64,000 nt of DNA, taken from assembly GCF_009914755.1 (NCBI RefSeq), contig NC_060944.1; one strand, given 5' to 3'. Origin of the DNA: the human T2T-CHM13v2.0 reference genome, Homo sapiens. Below, in pieces: positions 54,780-64,000 of the stretch. The translations under genes and the position numbers were made by a program. Under the pieces are notes generated by a model. That model was not told the DNA's origin. It ran no database searches and saw nothing but the letters and a program-made list of their open reading frames with translations. Position 1 is the first letter of the stretch. Every line of letters begins with the position of its first letter.

Positions 54780-55228
54780 AGCAATTTCTGGGATCTCCCA
54801 AACTTTCTAAATCCAAGTCTCCAGATAGGGAGCCCAGGAATCTAAATTTTAAACCCTGCAGGAGATTCCCTTGACTGACGAGTGTGGGAAGCACTGCCTT
54901 CTCAGCCTTTAATGTGTATAGGAATCACCTGGGGATCTTGTTGCACTGCAGGCTCTGATTCAGAAGGTCTGGGGCAGAGTTCAGTATTTTGCATTTCTAA
55001 TACGCTCCCAGGTGACCCCCATGTTGCCAGTCTGGGGACCACACTTTGAATAGCAGCAGTATCTGGACAGTGGTCTCCAAGTATGGTCCCTAGACCAGCA
55101 GCCTCAGCGGGAATTTGTTAGACATGCAAATTCTCAGGCCGCATCCCAGATCTATGGAATCATACTCTGGAGGTAGGCCCAGCAATCTGTTTTCATGCCT
55201 CCAGGTGATTCCGATGCATGCCCAGGCT

Positions 55229-55263
<35 letters not shown>

Positions 55264-55560
55264 GGGTCTTGCTTTGTCACCCAGGATAGAGTGCAGTGGC
55301 ACAATCATAGCTTAGTGCAGCCTTGACCCAGGCTCAAGTAATCCTCCCTTCTCAGCCTTGAGTAGCTAGGACTACAGGTGTGCACCAGCACTCCTGGCTA
55401 ATTTTAAATTTTTTTTGTACAGATGAGGTTTCACTGTGCTGCTCCATCTAATCTCAAACTCCTGGCCTCAATTGTTCCTCCCACTTCCACCTCCCTAAGT
55501 GTTGGGATTACAAGCATGAGCCACAGTCCATGCCCAAGCTTGAGAATCACTGGTCTAGGA
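54780..55560. mobile_element. Tandem MER5-like DNA transposon copies with an Alu insertion
   Basis: ggaatcacctggggatcttgtt, ctgattcagaaggtctggggc, tgcatttctaa, ggggaccacactttgaatagca, tttgttagacatgcaaattctcaggcc. Confidence 0.75.
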
Positions 55561-56164
55561 TAAAGAATCTGACTCTGGCTGAATTGTCTTTGATCAGTGT
55601 GTTACCTTCAGTCCCACTCTTCATTAAGATTTAACCACACCCTCTCGCTGCTTCCCCATTAGGGGGATTAGTACTCTTGGAGACAAAGGGCCCACTGCAC
55701 TGAAATGATTCCTGACTCCAGCTCAGCCCATGCAGCCCTTTCTGGGGCCTTGCCAGCTACAGCACTCCTGCTCAGGTTCTCCTTTGATCCTAGGGAAGGC
55801 TGGTTTGATTTTTATCCTTGTAGGCACTTGGCACACAGAGCTGAAGGAGCCAGAGTGGAGGCACACTTCTGCAAGAGAGTTCTAATCAGGACGTTAGAAT
55901 GGGTGACAGCCACTCAGGGATGTGGGCCTTGGCAGGGAGGGACTTGAGCTTGAGCCCACCTTCCCACTCCTGCTGCCATACAACTGTAATGCCCGTCTTC
56001 TTATGATACGCACATCTTCAAAACAAGCCTCAAGGTGCAGTTCATGAATGGGGCAGGAAGTAGGGAATCTCTGGTCTCTTCTTAAAAGAATCCCACGGCA
56101 TAACTCTCCTTTTCTACTTAGGGAGGCACCTAAGAATTACAAAATTTAAAATCCTAGGTCTATC

Positions 56165-57680
<1,516 letters not shown>

Positions 57681-57849
57681 AACTGTTTCCCATATAGCCA
57701 CTTACTAGTTTTGTGACCATTTACAAGCTAGTTATCTCTGGACCTGTTTCTGCATCTATAAAATGGGAATAGCATGTATCTCACTGGATCAATAGAAGGA
57801 AATTTATAGGAAGGCATTAAGGGCCTGGCCTATATATAGATGCTCAATA

Positions 57850-59640
<1,791 letters not shown>

Positions 59641-60109
59641 CTGAAATTATTCTTGATGGGTACAAATATAGCCATTTCTGGAGAAACACAAGCTGGTCTC
59701 TTAGAAGACAAGTGGTTGCAGATTATTAAAATGAGAGGTGGAACCCAGCAATCCCACACAGGTGGTGGAGCTGTGACGTGGACCACCTTCTCAAGACCTC
59801 AGCTTCTCCTCCTCCATCACAAACAACACTGTCAGGCTTCTCACGATTTTTGGCTTGAGGGAAATACAGACACATCAGATAGAATTCTGCATAATTCCCT
59901 GGGATTTGATCCTGGCTGGACTTATTGGCTGCATGACCTTGGGCAAATGATTTATCATCAGTCTTCATTTCCTCCTATAAATGGACAGTGTCGCTTGGTG
60001 GATAAGCAATCACATGTGAAAATGGCAACACAGAACCAGCATACAGCAACTCGGTCCTGCCCTGAACCCCAGTGAATGGCTTGAAAGAAATAACACCAGC
60101 AATCAGGTA

Positions 60110-61856
<1,747 letters not shown>

Positions 61857-62038
61857 TTAGCAGGACACCTCCATGGTCTGGTGTCTGTCCAGGACATCAG
61901 GGGACTCACAGGATTCTTGAGTTCCATCTGACTGATTGCTGGTGACAGACCGGCTGAAGGGACTTTCTCCAGAGCCGAGGCTACTCGAGGTTGAGTGGGT
62001 TCGTGATCGGGCGAGCCGAGTCATGCTGGCAGATGGTA
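61857..62038 (-). CDS. NDRG3: NDRG3 last coding exon
   Basis: tctctgttacag|; PSASMTRLARSRTHSTSSSLGSGESPFSRSVTSNQSDGTQESCESPDVLDRHQTMEVSC*; NDRG-family TMEVSC terminus, RxRxxS kinase motif, no NDRG1 decapeptide repeats. Confidence 0.97.
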
Positions 62039-63137
62039 CTGTAACAGAGAACCAAGGGGACTAGAAGATGAAGCCCCGGTTAAGCCCAGCTAACCTAGGA
62101 GTCTCATCAAAGTCTTTATGTTTAGCTTTTCCGACTCATTTACCATGACACCCAGGACAAGATATAGCCATCCCCATTTTGTATCATTTGCTCTAGGTGA
62201 GTGGCGATATGTGAGGCCACTTTAATCCTTTAGATCTGGTTGGAATCTCAGCTGATTGTAGTCACCGCAGAACAAGGGGAAACCCTAAATCCAGAGTATA
62301 GCCTCTTAACTATGCCCACACCATTCAGACAGTGACAGAATGGAGGCTTTGGGAACCCAAACAGGTAACCAAAACCTACAGTGCATGCAAGACTAAACCA
62401 AAAGAAAAGAAAGACACACACACAAGTATGAAGGTGTTTCACAAACACAGTGCAAGCCCGATACAACGAGACTACCATCCGTGTCCACAGGCTACCTTGC
62501 TACCAGGGAGGAGATTTGTAGGATGGTGCAGGTGAAGGGGAGGGCAGATTGGCTTGGAGCTGACCTCAACACAGGGATGAGGTACAGGTTGCCAGGGACA
62601 GAGAAGCAGGTGTTTAACTCAGACTCCTGTTCTGCCACTGCTTGACTCTAAGGTCCTTCCAGCTTGGCTGGGACTGGGCCTTACCTGGCATAGCCTCCCT
62701 GCCTATCGTCCTGGGCAGCAGCCACTCCCCTAGCTGTCATTTCAATGCTGGGGTCAAAAGGTGCTATCATCTGCAGAGTTCTCTGGGCACAGGCTCTGAC
62801 CCTCCTATTTAGAGCCAAGGCTGCCCTTGGATTCCTGTGTCTGGAGGTTAATTCAAGGATCAGTAGGTGGTGGTGGAAGATGGGCCCTGCCTATCAAGTT
62901 TCAGCTGCTGCTGTGACCCTGGATTTAGGATGACAAGAGGAGGCCTGCCCCTTACAACCAGATCCTTTCCTCCTCCTGGGGGACCAGGGCTGGACCTGTA
63001 GGCTAAATCTCTTGGGGCGTACTGAGCCACGTTCTATCGGGCTCTCACTGCATAGGAAGACCGCGGACATGCTGCAGGCAGCCAGTGCAGCCAGGAGAGA
63101 CTGGAAGGCGGGGCAGGGCCAGCACAGAGGAAGGTAC

Positions 63138-63176
63138 CTGACTCGGTGCTCAGGTGACTGAGCTGCACATACGGGA
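63138..63176 (-). CDS. NDRG3: NDRG3 39-nt in-frame cassette exon
   Basis: cctgcttccag|TC CCG TAT GTG CAG CTC AGT CAC CTG AGC ACC GAG TCA G|gtacct; phase 1-1; encodes xPYVQLSHLSTES ahead of (V)PSASMTRL. Confidence 0.75.
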
Positions 63177-64000
63177 CTGGAAGCAGGATGGACACAGGAA
63201 AAGGCAGGTTAGTGACCCCAGAGTGCCAAGTGGCAACCTCAGCTGCCTGGTAGACACTGACAGAATACTCTAAGCCAGGGATAAAATTTTATTTTAAGGT
63301 CCCAGAGAGGAGGTGAGGCTGACAGATACTTCAATAACATCTCAAATGTTACTTTCCTCAACTAGACAAAGGCAATTGTTTTCCCCTCTGCTATAAACAG
63401 TCATCTTGCTTTGGATCAGAAGTGGGCTGGAAGATCAGCTATTTCATAGGAAAAGGATAAGAATGGACTAGGAGAGGGCCTCCTGCTCCTCCCAGTGAGC
63501 CACAGGGCTGTGGGTGTGGGCTCGGTTGGTAGCGGCTCACAGGCAAGGATGACACAGCCACTTGAGACAAGACATACATGGTCTGCCTGGCAGGTACAGG
63601 GCTGCACCCAGGGCCCAGCTGCCCAGAGCAGCTGACCAGACAGCTCGCCAATGACCATTATCCACACTAATACCAAAGACAGGAGAAAAATCACCCTACT
63701 GGGTAAAGAGCTCTGTACCTGGGTGAAAGAGTTTTTCTAAAAACTCCAAGAAAGGAGCAAGTGTAGATAATTCTGTGACCATGAAAAAGCTCAGAGGTCT
63801 TACAATACAAGAGACCAGGACAATGGCATATGATATGGACACACCCTTGGACTTGCTCTAAAACACTCTCCAAGTTCGTCCCCTGGGGTGGAGGAGACTT
63901 TACCAAGGATACTGCCCTTTTCTCCTGGAGTCTCCATTTCATTTCTCTAGGTCAGGAGTTATTAACCAGCTGAGTTTAAATGCAAATCATAATTTCAGAT

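Noticed and set aside
62681-62690. Consensus minus-strand donor CAG|gtaagg in the last NDRG3 intron
   Set aside because: No convincing paired acceptor or frame found.

Overview
Human (primate) euchromatic DNA, extremely Alu-rich, recognisable from spliced translations as the 20q11.23 locus. In order: the end of the TGIF2 3'UTR (+, to ~1.8 kb; gene name inferred from synteny); a CpG-island promoter and the complete 4-exon RAB5IF/C20orf24 gene (+, 129 aa, alternative 137 aa); the complete SLA2/SLAP-2 gene (-, 7 coding exons, 261 aa, myristoylation-SH3-SH2-Cbl tail), tail-to-tail with RAB5IF; an hnRNP A3 processed pseudogene fragment nested in a shattered ancient L1 inside SLA2 intron 5; and the last exon, 3'UTR and a 39-nt cassette exon of NDRG3 (-). 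All coding exon boundaries were read by hand (GT-AG, phases consistent). Almost all ORF-track entries are Alu or simple-repeat noise. I found no wholly new gene system. The best leads are regulatory or structural: four short uORFs in the SLA2 leader (one TGATG stop-start overlap) upstream of two alternative starts; a UG-repeat poison exon and dual-frame last exon in RAB5IF; a possible stop-free exon 2-3 circRNA; a three-arm AluYb8 chimera; a templated-insertion junction forming an Alu hairpin; a perfect (AC)50; and a CRE/RUNX/TATA cluster in SLA2 intron 5. Repeat family names and repeat boundaries are by eye and approximate.
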